Shown: positions 39,236 to 51,912, numbered from the whole stretch's first letter. The stretch: DNA of 63,819 bases, filler included, from Octopus bimaculoides (GCF_001194135.2; 6 parts of 6 records of this genome joined end to end with filler, not necessarily neighbours in it); one strand, 5' to 3'. The notes: generated from the sequence alone by a model not told the origin. A program made the numbers and translations.

Positions 39236-39961
39236 TGGAGGGCTACAGAATTATTTCCTGGAAAGTTCCGAGGGAGTGGAGGAATTCCTTCCTGGAAAGT
39301 TCCGAGGAGGGGGAAGGGCAGAAATTAGTTCCTGGAAAGTTCAGAGGAAGAGGGCTGATGATATCTATATATANNNNNNNNNNNNNNNNNNNNNNNNNNN
39401 NNNNNNNNNNNNNNNNNNNNNNNNNNNNNNNNNNNNNNNNNNNNNNNNNNNNNNNNNNNNNNNNNNNNNNNNNNNNNNNNNNNNNNNNNNNNNNNNNNNN
39501 NNNNNNNNNNNNNNNNNNNNNNNNNNNNNNNNNNNNNNNNNNNNNNNNNNNNNNNNNNNNNNNNNNNNNNNNNNNNNNNNNNNNNNNNNNNNNNNNNNNN
39601 NNNNNNNNNNNNNNNNNNNNNNNNNNNNNNNNNNNNNNNNNNNNNNNNNNNNNNNNNNNNNNNNNNNNNNNNNNNNNNNNNNNNNNNNNNNNNNNNNNNN
39701 NNNNNNNNNNNNNNNNNNNNNNNNNNNNNNNNNNNNNNNNNNNNNNNNNNNNNNNNNNNNNNNNNNNNNNNNNNNNNNNNNNNNNNNNNNNNNNNNNNNN
39801 NNNCAAGGCTTTCGAAGTGGCAGGGAAAGGAAGATGGGTACCTCTTGGCCATCCGTCGCAAAATTTGTTACTTGTTCCACAGAGAGAACGACTCATCTCC
39901 TTCCCACTTCTGGATTCTATAGCATAGTGAGTTGCTCTCTCTACCGCCCTCCCTCATTCCC

Positions 39962-40026
<65 letters not shown>

Positions 40027-40561
40027 ATACAGGGTTTTGTGAATAGGGATTACGAATGTGTATTTGCGCAGATTCGCCATTGTGTAATGAATGGTTCCCT
40101 GGCGAAGACAATATTCCCAGTACAATAATACTTTATCAAATTATGTTTAAAAATCCATTACGTGTTGGTGCCATGTTGCCGAAACACTACAACAGGTTCC
40201 ACCCTAATCCTGATAACAGTGACGTCATCACTCCCCGACACTCTCTCTGCTACACAACTAACATTCTATCATTTTTCTGACATAATTTCTTCAGATATTA
40301 TCGTTTAACTTAGTTCCATGAATATCACACAAAGCAGTGGCAGCAGTTCTGCCTGTCAGCGTCCCACGCCATCCACGTAGTAGAGTTTATTTCTTTGTGT
40401 GTAACAATATCGGACATACATAAGCGTGTGGTGTATATATGTATATATATATATATATATGTGCATACATATATGTATATATATATATATATGTATATGT
40501 ATATATATATGAATATATGTACATGTATATATATACATGTATCTATATGTATGTATGTATG

Positions 40562-40609
<48 letters not shown>

Positions 40610-40910
40610 TTTTTAAGCGAAGAAAATGTGCTATTTCATTGTGTATGAATTGTGTATTAGTGATTTTGGATGTATATGTGTGTATGTATAAATGTACATA
40701 CGTGTATTCATTTATAACTATATATTTATATTTGTGTGTGCATGTATATATATATATATATATATGTGGGGGTGTATATGTGTGTCGGTATGCAAGTATG
40801 TATAGGCGTATGTTTGTATATATATATATGTGTGTGTACGCATGCATACGCATATATATTCACACATATAGATATGTATATAATTTATGTTTTAAATACA
40901 CACACACGCA

Positions 40911-40986
<76 letters not shown>

Positions 40987-41650
40987 NNNNNNNNNNNNNN
41001 NNNNNNNNNNNNNNNNNNNNNNNNNNNNNNNNNNNNNNNNNNNNNNNNNNNNNNNNNNNNNNNNNNNNNNNNNNNNNNNNNNNNNNNNNNNNNNNNNNNN
41101 NNNNNNNNNNNNNNNNNNNNNNNNNNNNNNNNNNNNNNNNNNNNNNNNNNNNNNNNNNNNNNNNNNNNNNNNNNNNNNNNNNNNNNNNNNNNNNNNNNNN
41201 NNNNNNNNNNNNNNNNNNNNNNNNNNNNNNNNNNNNNNNNNNNNNNNNNNNNNNNNNNNNNNNNNNNNNNNNNNNNNNNNNNNNNNNNNNNNNNNNNNNN
41301 NNNNNNNNNNNNNNNNNNNNNNNNNNNNNNNNNNNNNNNNNNNNNNNNNNNNNNNNNNNNNNNNNNNNNNNNNNNNNNNNNNNNNNNNNNNNNNNNNNNN
41401 NNNNNNNNNNNNNNNNNNNNNNNNNNNNNNNNNNNNNNNNNNNNNNNNNNNNNNNNNNNNNNNNNNNNNNNNNNNNNNNNNNNNNNNNNNNNNNNNNNNN
41501 NNNNNNNNNNNNNNNNNNNNNNNNNNNNNNNNNNNNNNNNNNNNNNNNNNNNNNNNNNNNNNNNNNNNNNNNNNNNNNNNNNNNNNNNNNNNNNNNNNNN
41601 NNNNNNNNNNNNNNNNNNNNNNNNNNNNNNNNNNNNNNNNNNNNNNNNNN

Positions 41651-41682
<32 letters not shown>

Positions 41683-42848
41683 AGATTCACGTGGAATTAG
41701 GTCTTTTGAGTTGGTGTTTTTTTGTAATTTTTCTTTATATCTTTTCCGAAAATTCTACATTTCTAGAAAAAAACAAAACAAAACAACAAAAAATGAAACT
41801 GTTTATCTGAATACGCACTCATGATCTCTTAAAAAAAGCTAATAGATTACAAAACGACAAGAATCTTTTGTTTGAGTGAAAATCGATTTGATCTGAAGAA
41901 TCTGAGCCAATTATTCTGTTATTCTTTTTTTTTTCTCTTGTGAAACTAAGCTGCCTGGTTTATACATAAATATTTGGTTAGAGAGCTCAGTGCAACAATA
42001 ATGATGGATTGAAACAAAACTTTAAAATCTGTTTACAAAAGCTGCAAGTTTTGTCGTACCAGTTCGCTGTATTTCATTTCTGCTATCATGGGGCTTTTAC
42101 ATTTTATGACTAGCTGTTATCTACAAACCGGCATAAACTGTGTAACTGGTCCAAGAGAACACTGTCAGGTTTTCATTGTCCTAACCGAATATTTTTCAAT
42201 ATCTTAATATTTTAATAATTAAATCTGTTTTTATTTATAATTGTGGGAAACTCGAATTTTATTCTCCTTTGATAATGCAAGAATGTAGCTTTTGACATTT
42301 CCGAGCTGGTCTGACAAAGAAGTCACGGAGTTAGGTTAATCCCTCACATCTAATTAGGCTTGCTTAATCCACCAATTAAACTATGACCTTTCTATATCTC
42401 ATGATATTTGGTAGCGACCAGGTATTTCTAACCAAAACCCTGTTCCCGATGACAAGCCGTCACTCTTTTACTGCTGATCTGTCGCAAAAGATGTGCATCT
42501 TTGCTTTAGTCTCACCATACAATGCAATAGGAGAGAATGCATTCCTGTATTCTAATCATTCTCTGGCTTTTTTTTAGTTCCCTTACCCGGGGACTGTCCC
42601 ACATACCTGTTGTCTACTTTCGATCTCCACGGTGTTTGCTTTGTTATGGTTCTAAACAACCATCTCCAAGACGCTTGTATATACTATATATATTGTGTTT
42701 AGTCATGATATAGTTTAGTCACGAGACTGATTTCTTTACTCACTTGAATAATAACAGGTCATCTCATCCTTGATATCGACCAGCGTGTCAAATTTACAGA
42801 CCGTTGCTCTCCAGAAGAGATTTATAACTTCCCTATAGAACTACTTGT

Positions 42849-43230
42849 GTGGAGGCGCAATGGCCCAGTGGTTAGGGCAGCGGACTCGCGGTCATAGGAT
42901 CGCGATTTCGATTCCCAGACCGGGCGTTGTGAGTGTTTATTGAGCGAAAACACCTAAAGCTCCACGAGGCTCCGGCAGGGGATGGTGGTGAACCCTGCTG
43001 TACTCTTTCACCACAACTTTCTCTTACTTTCTGTTTCTGTGGTGCTTATAATTCAAAGGGTCAGCCTTGTCACACTGTGTCACGCTCAATATCCCGAGAA
43101 CTACGTTAAGGGGTACACGTGTCTGTGGAGTGCTCAGCCACTTGCACGTTAATTTCACGAGCAGGCTGTTCCGTTGATTGGATCAACTGGAACCCTCGAC
43201 GTCGTAAGCGACGGAGTGCCAACAACAACA
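42849..43230 (+). mobile_element. Young full-length SINE S1 with 14-bp TSD
   Basis: TSD atagaactacttgt at 42835-42848 and 43231-43244; intact A/B boxes; (AAC)n tail. Confidence 0.92.
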
Positions 43231-44299
43231 ATAGAACTACTTGTAACATCACCAAACTTACAAGACTTTCTCTGATGATCTCTCATCTTGAAGTTTTTCA
43301 ATTTTTTAAAGTAAAAAATGTCATTGTTTTTGCTACAAATTTTAAAAGAGAAGTTTATATAAAATTCCACTCATCATGATTCTTTGAACTCTTCTGCAGT
43401 TACTCTGATTCCAACTCAGAGTTTCTCTAAAGCATCATAACGATACACAGTTCGTTGCCTCAATACCAAGTAACGGTTCATATTTCTACCTTATTGAATT
43501 TCTCTATGACAAGAAAATCTCCAACTTTGGTAATTGGTTTTTGTCCAAAAGCTAATAATTTGACCAAAAGTGTAGTTTCTGTTGATTCTGAATAGTCTAT
43601 CGTGAAATCAATGTTTGTGAATGTCGCATCTCCTTTGGAGCTTCTTGATCATTGTTTGAAAGGAAGACAGTCCATGTTGGTTGAGTGTTGATCTGCATAC
43701 TTACAGGGATTTTATTTGTAGCTATGGTAACGGAGGTGTGGGCGGTCAACCCTGCAGAGGTAACATAGAACATGTTACTGTGGTAACAGAGATAACAGAG
43801 TCAGAGTCGGTGCCACAGTTGTTTGTGCATTGTTTTAGTTGGTAAGGATGTATGCATTTTATGCATGTATATACATGCATATGTTTCAATGTGCATACGT
43901 GTGTTCCTAGTCATTTCAACCTTCGTCGCATAACTGATTGCGTTGACAAATGGATTCAGGGATAAGGAACACTTTATACATTTGAAGCAAATTCCTGCAT
44001 AGAAACTTCTTCGACTCTCAGAACGTTTCTACGGAATTTTAGGTTTATACGTTTAGGAAATTTAGAAAGTGTTCTTGCTCGATCACCAGTTAACTTCCAT
44101 CATGTATGTACGCGCGCGTGTGTGTGTATGTATGTCTCTTCTATTTTTTAATTATTATAAAACTTCCACTGAGGAGGGAGTCGGTTTCCAACAAAGAGAC
44201 AGGGTTCCATCTTTTGGATGTAGTTAACACAGAGAAATTCATATTTAGAACTTGAGAAAAGTCTTGCATATTTTTACTGTTCCACTCACAGATTGCACT

Positions 44300-45750
44300 T
44301 GTAATGTACGAATCAGCCGATCGGTTTCTCTTTCGGAAAATCTGTTTATCCAGATTCTCATTTAAGCATTTACTAACAAAACCTAGAGCTCCCATTATTA
44401 TTGGTATGAATATGAATTCATAGTCTGGTTATAGAAGCTGGAGGTTTCGAAGCAGTTGTCCATAGATATCCTCTTTTTCTTTGATTTTCAAAGAGATATT
44501 TATATCTGCAAGGCAGCTGACCTCTATGATGGTGCAGCCTTTTGTCCCTCTGTCCCAAACAACAATTCCTGGCCAGAAGACTTGATGGGAATATTCCACC
44601 ATTATTCCTTGAGTTGGTGTTTATGAATGTGTTCCATAACAGAGGGATTTTCTAAGTTTATTTCAGGACAGTCCTTCATGCAGATGGCATTGTAACTTGC
44701 TTTAGCAACAGCATCGTACCGCATAGGGAGGTAGTATCGTGACGACATTTTAGGACAGCTGCTAATCACGTGCGTGATGTCTTCCACAGAAGCATGACAT
44801 GGCCTACACATGCAGTTGCACCTTGGGATTACAAGAGCGTTACTGTCTCTGTTGTTCACCAGGTATTTTGTGGCAATCTCTTCTTCCTGGATCGCAAACG
44901 CATAGCCTTCAAAGTGTGATGTGATGTGGACTTGTGTCCAAGAGAGGCTGCGCTTTGTGCCAATTCTATTATCTTCTTCAAACTTCCAGACAACATACCC
45001 ATGCTTAGTCTTCTTTTTTTGTATGCTGAGTGCTTTCCATCCAGGTCTTCTCTGAGGTGAGAGAGCCCAGCTGTTTTGGGGCTGTAGAGGAGATCATCAG
45101 GAAGAGAGTGCTTCTTGAGTAGCTCACTGTCAAGTCGTACAATGTGGCTCACTTCACTTTTCAGCACTTCACTTATATATTTATTTTTGCTGCTGTTGTT
45201 TAGCAAATGCTGCATTTGAAGGCTGCCTGCACTGATCTCAGGCCTCTACCACCTTCATTTCTTCTAAGGTAGAGCCTGTGGACAACGCTGTTTCTGTGGA
45301 AGTTCCCAGTTGTTCTCAAGATTTTTCGAGTTTTGATATCTATGGAGTGGATTTCTTCTATAGACCAACCAAGTATCCCAAATATTGGGATCAGCACTGG
45401 TACTGCAAATGCATTGTGGGATATTGTTTTGTTGCAAGAGGAGAGTTCCGACTGCCATATTTTCCTGTTTGGTGTAATATTCTCGGGTCACCCTATCTTT
45501 ATTCACAGTGCCTTCAGATGATACCTTTTCGTCTATGCTTAGGTTCTTTGTGTGGAATGGGGAAATCAAGAGATCGTTGATGCGCAGGTTTTAGGTTTGG
45601 GGAACCGACTTTTCTCGTTCTATAACCAAATATGAACATTTCTTTTGGCCAATTTCCATGCTTATATCAGCTGAAAATGTGGTTATCAATTCTAGTTGTT
45701 TTTTGGCATTGTTAATACTTTTAGTATAAATCTTCAGGTCGTCTACAAAG
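44300..45750 (-). pseudogene. R4/Dong-like (R2-group) LINE remnant spanning RT motif to REL endonuclease
   Basis: FFVDDLKIY, GILGWSIEEIHSIDIKTRKIL...RLYLRRNEGGRGL, CRPCHASVEDITHVISSCPKMSSRYYLPMRYD, PIIMGALG. Confidence 0.85.
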
Positions 45751-46314
45751 AATGTATGTATGTATGTATGTATGTATGTATGTATGTATGAATGTATGTA
45801 TGTATGTATGAATGTGTGTATGTTTGTATGTGTATACGTGGGTGTGTATGAATGTGTGTATGTATGTAAACGTGTATGTATGTGTGTGTTTATGTATGTA
45901 TGTGTATTTATGTATGCATGTGTGTATGTATATGAGAAGATTGATGATGGGCTTTGTGGCATAGATTGGCGTGTTCCCTCTTGAGGATATAAAAACCAAA
46001 ACATTCGGAGAGAAAGGATAATTATTATATCATAGATAGAATGATTTAATTTCCTTATTCTCAAGTGTTTTAATTAAATTTCCTAAGAACCTAATTGTTA
46101 AATCTGAACCACAGAATAATTTTTCTCTGTGTGAACAGACTGAAACAAGTCTAAAGTAATAACATGATATATAGACTGACAAAACATCAATGCTTCTAAG
46201 AACAAACGCAGATGACGAGAGCAAACTAGATAGAAACAGGATCTCATTCATGGCTATGGCTACAAAAGTAGTTTAGTGAAAACCTATAGCTATTTCGGCA
46301 AGGCATTTCCCTAC

Positions 46315-46390
<76 letters not shown>

Positions 46391-47905
46391 GTCCGGTAGC
46401 GCCTCAGTAGCGGGATGCTGGACGGACGGGCCGGTCAAGTTGCTTGGAGTTTGGTTTGGTCCAGACCTGCAAACGGAGAAGAACCGGGACTAGATTACGA
46501 GTAGGGTGGCCACTCTCTGCCGGCAATGGTCCGAGAGGAAGCTGTCCCTAAAAGGTCGGGCAGAGGTGGCGAACGCATACATTGCGTCTATCATCAACTA
46601 CCGCCTGACCTTCGTTCCTTGTCCCAACCCTACCATCACCAAGCTGGAGCGCATCTTCTTCCGCTTCTTGTGGAAAGGAAGCGTTCCGATGGTCAGGCGA
46701 TCCGTTTGCTGCCAACACCCGCTGAAAGGAGGGCTGGGCATGCCGTGGTTGATGATGCGCAGACACGCGCTGAGACTGCGACATNNNNNNNNNNNNNNNN
46801 NNNNNNNNNNNNNNNNNNNNNNNNNNNNNNNNNNNNNNNNNNNNNNNNNNNNNNNNNNNNNNNNNNNNNNNNNNNNNNNNNNNNNNNNNNNNNNNNNNNN
46901 NNNNNNNNNNNNNNNNNNNNNNNNNNNNNNNNNNNNNNNNNNNNNNNNNNNNNNNNNNNNNNNNNNNNNNNNNNNNNNNNNNNNNNNNNNNNNNNNNNNN
47001 NNNNNNNNNNNNNNNNNNNNNNNNNNNNNNNNNNNNNNNNNNNNNNNNNNNNNNNNNNNNNNNNNNNNNNNNNNNNNNNNNNNNNNNNNNNNNNNNNNNN
47101 NNNNNNNNNNNNNNNNNNNNNNNNNNNNNNNNNNNNNNNNNNNNNNNNNNNNNNNNNNNNNNNNNNNNNNNNNNNNNNNNNNNNNNNNNNNNNNNNNNNN
47201 NNNNNNNNNNNNNNNNNNNNNCAGTGTCCAACCATTTCCGACCTGTGGGCTTATGTCGAACGACTGCTGTCACGTGTGGGACGAGTCGGTTTATCAACCG
47301 AGTCTATCGTCAATATCGTCACGCCTCCTTCCTTTAAACGGGAAGGAAGAGCTGTATTTATCGTACTTGTGTCTATGGCGAAAGAATGCATCTGGTGGAC
47401 GCGTCTGAAAGGATTAGAGACAAACACTTTCCTCTCTGGTCAATCTCTCATCAACTTTTTCAAGTATCACTTGAACAGGAAGGTGAGAGTTGAGAGGCAA
47501 GTGTTGTCTAACGAATGTTTCCAAAAAAGTTGGGTGAATGTAGCAAGGATGGCACGTATAAATGACGAAGCCACCTTGAGCATGATCCTATGAAACGGAA
47601 AAATTTTAAAGCGGAGAGTTACTTCCCTTGTGTAATTAAATCTATTAACATGTAACATTATTGCCCGAGGTTACCGTCGTCTTTTCGTAGGTTTTTCTTT
47701 CCACAGATAAATCTCTCCATTTCTTGGGAACTTTTTGTATATATTTATCTTTCTTGTACATACCCCAAACGTCTTCGATTCCTTTTGATCGTTGTCCCTA
47801 CTTTTGTTTTTTTTTTGTTTTTTTTCTCGCCCCCATCGAAAAGAAAAAACTCTACATTGTATTTGTCCCATCTGTGTTCAGCCCTGTGTAGCTAATAAAG
47901 AAAGT
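46391..47905 (+). mobile_element. 5'-truncated L1/Tx1-type LINE inserted in an (ATCT)n microsatellite
   Basis: LLGVWFG, WSERKLSLKGRAEVAN...FFRFLWKG...V.R..CCQHPLKGGLGMP, then after the gap CP...IWWTR...; stop near 47593; AATAAA at 47894. (ATCT)n at 46311-46390 and 47906-47929. One in-frame TAG near 46492. Confidence 0.85.
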
Positions 47906-48140
47906 TATCTATCTATCTATCTATCTATCGATCTATGATAAAGTTTACAATTTGCTATGAACGAACATTTTAGGTGTTACTGCGTTCGTAAATTAAATTC
48001 ATAAAATAATTTGTGAGACATCTAAATCCATAAGAATGCTATTCAATGCAGTTTGTCATGGAGAAATATTCTCGATGTAGACAAGAAGGTGTAAACACAG
48101 CACAGTTAGTTTGAAGCGCCCTCTTCCGGATTGATGGATG

Positions 48141-48342
48141 TATGTATTTCGAAATAGTTGTTTACTCACCTGCATTGAAAACCGAAAAGAGAGACAAGTC
48201 CTAACAGATTAAGAGACTAAGACACCAATCAAAATAATTTGATTGGTTTCCTGCAAGAGAAACCTAGTATCTTAGTCAATCCGGGGTTGTCTCTCTTTTT
48301 GGTTTTTAATGCTGGTAAGGAAATAACTAATTCGGAATATAT
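48141..48342. mobile_element. Fold-back MITE
   Basis: cgaaatagttgtttactcacctgcattgaaaaccgaaaagagagacaa pairs with ttgtctctctttttggtttttaatgctggtaaggaaataactaattcg; inner arms actaagac/gtatcttagt and ccaatcaaa/tttgattgg. Confidence 0.85.
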
Positions 48343-48494
48343 AATAACTTAGCCTAGATAACTTAAATATGTTTCGGCCAAAGACTGGCCCAGGCCATGT
48401 CTAACTTAATACCTGGAGAGAATAAAGATTCAATGTTTCAAGGCGGTCCCAACAATCAAGATTTGTCATCCCTTAATTTTTTTATTAGTGAATG

Positions 48495-48715
48495 CTCTCT
48501 GAGGTGACTCAATTCTCGTAATGCTTTGTTTTGTGCGGGGAGACCCCAGGGGAAAGCAGTATGGAATATGTGGCCTTACAAAAGAGAATAGGGGAATGAT
48601 GACATCTTGCTCTGTGGATCCAGGAGCTCATCCTGCAAGTCATATCAGCTTCATTGATGATGTGGGCACTTCAGCTGAAAATATTGTCAACAATCACTCC
48701 TAATTTTCCGATATT
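48495..48715 (-). pseudogene. CR1/L2-like LINE RT C-terminal remnant
   Basis: KLGVIVDNIFS*SAHI, MSSWI, VRPH..YC, SPHK, RIESPQRAFT across frameshifts. Confidence 0.65.
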
Positions 48716-49561
48716 ACTGGACGCTGTGAGTAGTTCCATCGAAGGAAGAAAACATTGTTCTCAAAATGCAGTCTTTTTTTCCCAAATTCCGTCAGTTCGA
48801 ATTTTCCCTCATTTTTTTTTTGCGACGGACCGGCGTCCCATTCAGGGAGAAACAAATACGCCAGAGGAACCGGGAAACCAGCCCTACACCCCTTACAAAG
48901 TAATGTGGACTAACCAGACGCACAGACAGAGAGACAAACAGACAGACAGACACACTCACACATACAGACGTAATCTGAATAAAAATGGAAAATCACTTGT
49001 TTAATTGATGATTGTCATGTAATCCTCAATAAAACATGGGATTTACTCCATTCTTGTTCTTCTTGTCTTCTGCTCTGAATTTCTTGAGATTCTTCTAAAC
49101 GATATCCAAACTTCCTTGACATGAATGACACCTTCAATGTTAATTCTAATTGAATTTATTGGCACCTGATTGTTTGATGCAGTCAACCAAATTCGTTTAG
49201 CGATCAATGACTGAAACGTTACTTATTTTCCGCGATTTTCTGCATCTGAAATCCTAATGACGCTTCAAATCTTTATTTTTTGATACCTTTGGTTCCATCG
49301 ATCTTTTCCTACAATTTCGAAAGACCAACCTTTTACAAAAAGCGGACATTTTGCTGAAAATTCTATTGTCTTCTCCAGTTTGTGAGTCAAGTAAACGGCA
49401 CGAAACATTATTCAATATTTGAAGTAGTTTTAAATTATAATTTTAATATACTCACATGGAAATTTTGTTTCCAGTATTTTTAAATGTATAACCACACATT
49501 TTCTCTCCTCTCTGTCTATCTGTCTCTTTGTCTGTCTCCCTCTCTCTCTATCTCTCTCTGT

Positions 49562-49592
<31 letters not shown>

Positions 49593-49778
49593 ATATTTAT
49601 ATGATTGTTTTGCGACCATGGTGTTGTAATATGCAGCAATCCCTTGATAAAATCTTTTTAATATATCGAAAAGAAAAATCATTTAAATATTACAAAGAAC
49701 AACTTGAATACACATACATACATACATACACACATACATACACGCACATACATGCATGCACACATACATACACACATG

Positions 49779-49812
<34 letters not shown>

Positions 49813-49933
49813 AATATACAGACACACACACANNNNNNNNNNNNNNNNNNNNNNNNNNNNNNNNNNNNNNNNNNNNTTAATTAATTAANNNNNNNNNNNN
49901 NNNNNNNNNNNNNNNNNNNNNNNNNNNNNNNNA

Positions 49934-50135
49934 AGGTGCCAGCGATAGATTGGGGCTTGTGGGGTCGGAGCGTGGCCTGATCATTGCTTCATTTGTGTTG
50001 TCTAATGTACTGTTAATGTCATTCGATTTTTTATATTTTATATAATTTTTAAAGTCATATTTTATGTAAACCATACGCATTACTGATCCCAATCAGTTGT
50101 TTTGTACCATTCTGTGTTTAGCCCCCTGTGGGCAA
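49934..50135 (+). mobile_element. 3' end of a second L1/Tx1-like LINE family
   Basis: ttctgtgtttagccccctgtgggcaataaagaaa resembles the 3' end atctgtgttcagccctgtgtagctaataaagaaa at about 47870-47903. Confidence 0.5.
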
Positions 50136-50139
50136 TAAA

Positions 50140-50310
50140 GAAATTGGTATTTCGTCTGTCTTTACGTTCTGAGTACAAATTCCGCAGAGGTCGACTTCAC
50201 CTTGCACCCTTTCGGGGTCGATAAATTAAGTACCAGTTGAGTTCTGAGGTCGATCCAATCGACTGGCCCCTACCCCGATATTTCAGGCCTTGTGCCTATA
50301 GGAGAAAAGA
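50140..50310 (+). mobile_element. S3 SINE with CpGs retained
   Basis: tttacgttctgagtacaaattccgcagaggtcgac...ttcggggtcgataaattaagtaccag...ggccttgtgcc. Confidence 0.85.
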
Positions 50311-50472
50311 TTATAGAGACTGTTTCTGTTTTCAGGCCCACCACAAACGGGTTATCTCTGTCTCCAAATCTTTATAATTTTTTTTTTCTGTTTTCCTCGA
50401 AAACAGAAAACAAGTTTTTGTTTGTGTTTCATAGCTATTTGTGTTAAGATCTCATAATTCTTTACTAGTTAC

Positions 50473-50872
50473 AGGCGCAGGAGTGGCTGTGTGGTAAGTA
50501 GCTTGTTTACCAATCACATGGTTCCGGGTTCATTCCCGCTGCGTGGCACCTTGGGCAAGTGTCTTCTACTATAGCCTCGGGCCGACCAAAGCCTTGTGAG
50601 TGGATTTGGTAGACGGAAACTGAAAGAAGCCCGTCGTATATATGTATATATATGTATGTATGTGTGTGTGTATGTTTGTTCCCCCCCTCCCGCCAGAATC
50701 GCTTGACAACCGATAGTGGTGTGTTTACGTCCCCGTAACATAGCGGTTCGGAAAAAGAGACCGATAGAATAAGTACTAGGCTTCCAAAGAATAAGTCCTG
50801 GGGTCGATTTGCTCAACTAAAAAGCGGTGCTCCAGCATGGCCGCAGTCAAATGACTGAAACGAGTAAAAGAG
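50473..50872 (+). mobile_element. Full-length SINE S2
   Basis: ggcgcaggagtggctgtgtggtaag ... gactgaaacgagtaaaagag. Confidence 0.92.
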
Positions 50873-51016
50873 TTATTATTGTAGTCCTGTTATGGATATT
50901 TTATAAAAGTTTTCCAGTAACATAAATCCCTACAACCTTCTGCCTGAGATAAGTATAAGCTTTCTCTATCAGATGTAGTGAAATGGATTCTAATTGTTGT
51001 CATATTTTTTCTGTCG

Positions 51017-51540
51017 AAGGTGGCGAGCTGACAGAATCGTTAGCATGCCGGGCGAAATGCTTAGCTGTATTTCGTCTGCCGCTACATTCTGAGTTCAAAT
51101 TCTTCCGAGGTCGACTTTGCCTTTCATCCCTTCGGGATAATGGAAAGGATTATTATTATTATCATTATTATTATTATTATTGAGTGAAAGAGCAGTACAT
51201 GCCATCAAAGTGACACTGGGGTAAAATATACGAAGCCCATTACACCCATCATGATTACCCGTCTGATAAGAGTACACCAGGCTCATGCATCAAAACCATG
51301 TGTGCGATATGGTGATCTCATATCAAGATAAACGGCGCATGACCTCGCAGGTGGGGCCCAGTTAGAATTTTCTTCAGGTCCAGTAGCCCATCCCGCTCAA
51401 AAGGTCCCTGAATAAGATTTGTTTAAGGATGTTGAGCAAAACAGCCATGTTTCCAAAGGTGAATTATTCAAACCCAAGAATTCCTCTCAACACATGACTA
51501 TGATGCTCCCCCACTACTTCTGCTCATGATCAGAGATGCA
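51017..51540. mobile_element. 5' part of an S3 SINE (+) followed by a fifth repeat family (51180-51540, opposite orientation to the piece at 30910-31070)
   Basis: ggtggcgagctgacagaatcgttagc...; gagcagtacatgccatcaaagtgacactggggtaaaat is the reverse complement of the block near 31010-31047. Confidence 0.75.
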
Positions 51541-51594
51541 CTATTATTATCATCATGATCATCATCATCATCATCATCATTATCATTATTATTA

Positions 51595-51647
<53 letters not shown>

Positions 51648-51722
51648 GAAAGATTTAGAAACTGATCGAAAAAAAAAAAACAACAGAAGTCCGAGTTCAA
51701 TGAGAGTTACTGAGAACCTTAC

Positions 51723-51912
51723 CAGGAGCCAAAATTAGTGATGCAGGGAACAGGTAAGTTAATAAAGCCCAGTTTCTTTACTTTTATCTCAATTCTGGAG
51801 GAGTTCAATATCTGAGTGGTTTCTTCATCAATATCGACATAAAATTTACCTGGCGATTTCAGTGGGGTCGGCCATATTTTTAGACGATTTATTTTTATCA
51901 CTTTAGATTTTC
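51723..51912 (-). CDS. Internal exon of a GM2-activator-like (ML domain) lipid-binding protein: (G)KSKVIKINRLKIWPTPLKSPGKFYVDIDEETTQILNSSRIEIKVKKLGFINLPVPCITNFGS(C)
   Basis: Acceptor ctgtcttttgttaatttcag (phase 1), donor TCC TG|gtaagg (phase 2, would complete the conserved Cys). Pattern I..L.+.P.P+..PG ... K.+.....+PC+...GSC matches GM2 activator (VIRSLTLEPDPIIVPG...IKIPCTDYIGSC). Confidence 0.78.

Noticed and set aside
42400-42840. Minus-strand protein-like frames (EVINLFWRATVCKFDTLVDIKDEMTCYYS and others)
   Set aside because: Multiple stops, no family I can name, and the phase does not fit either gene; probably TE debris.
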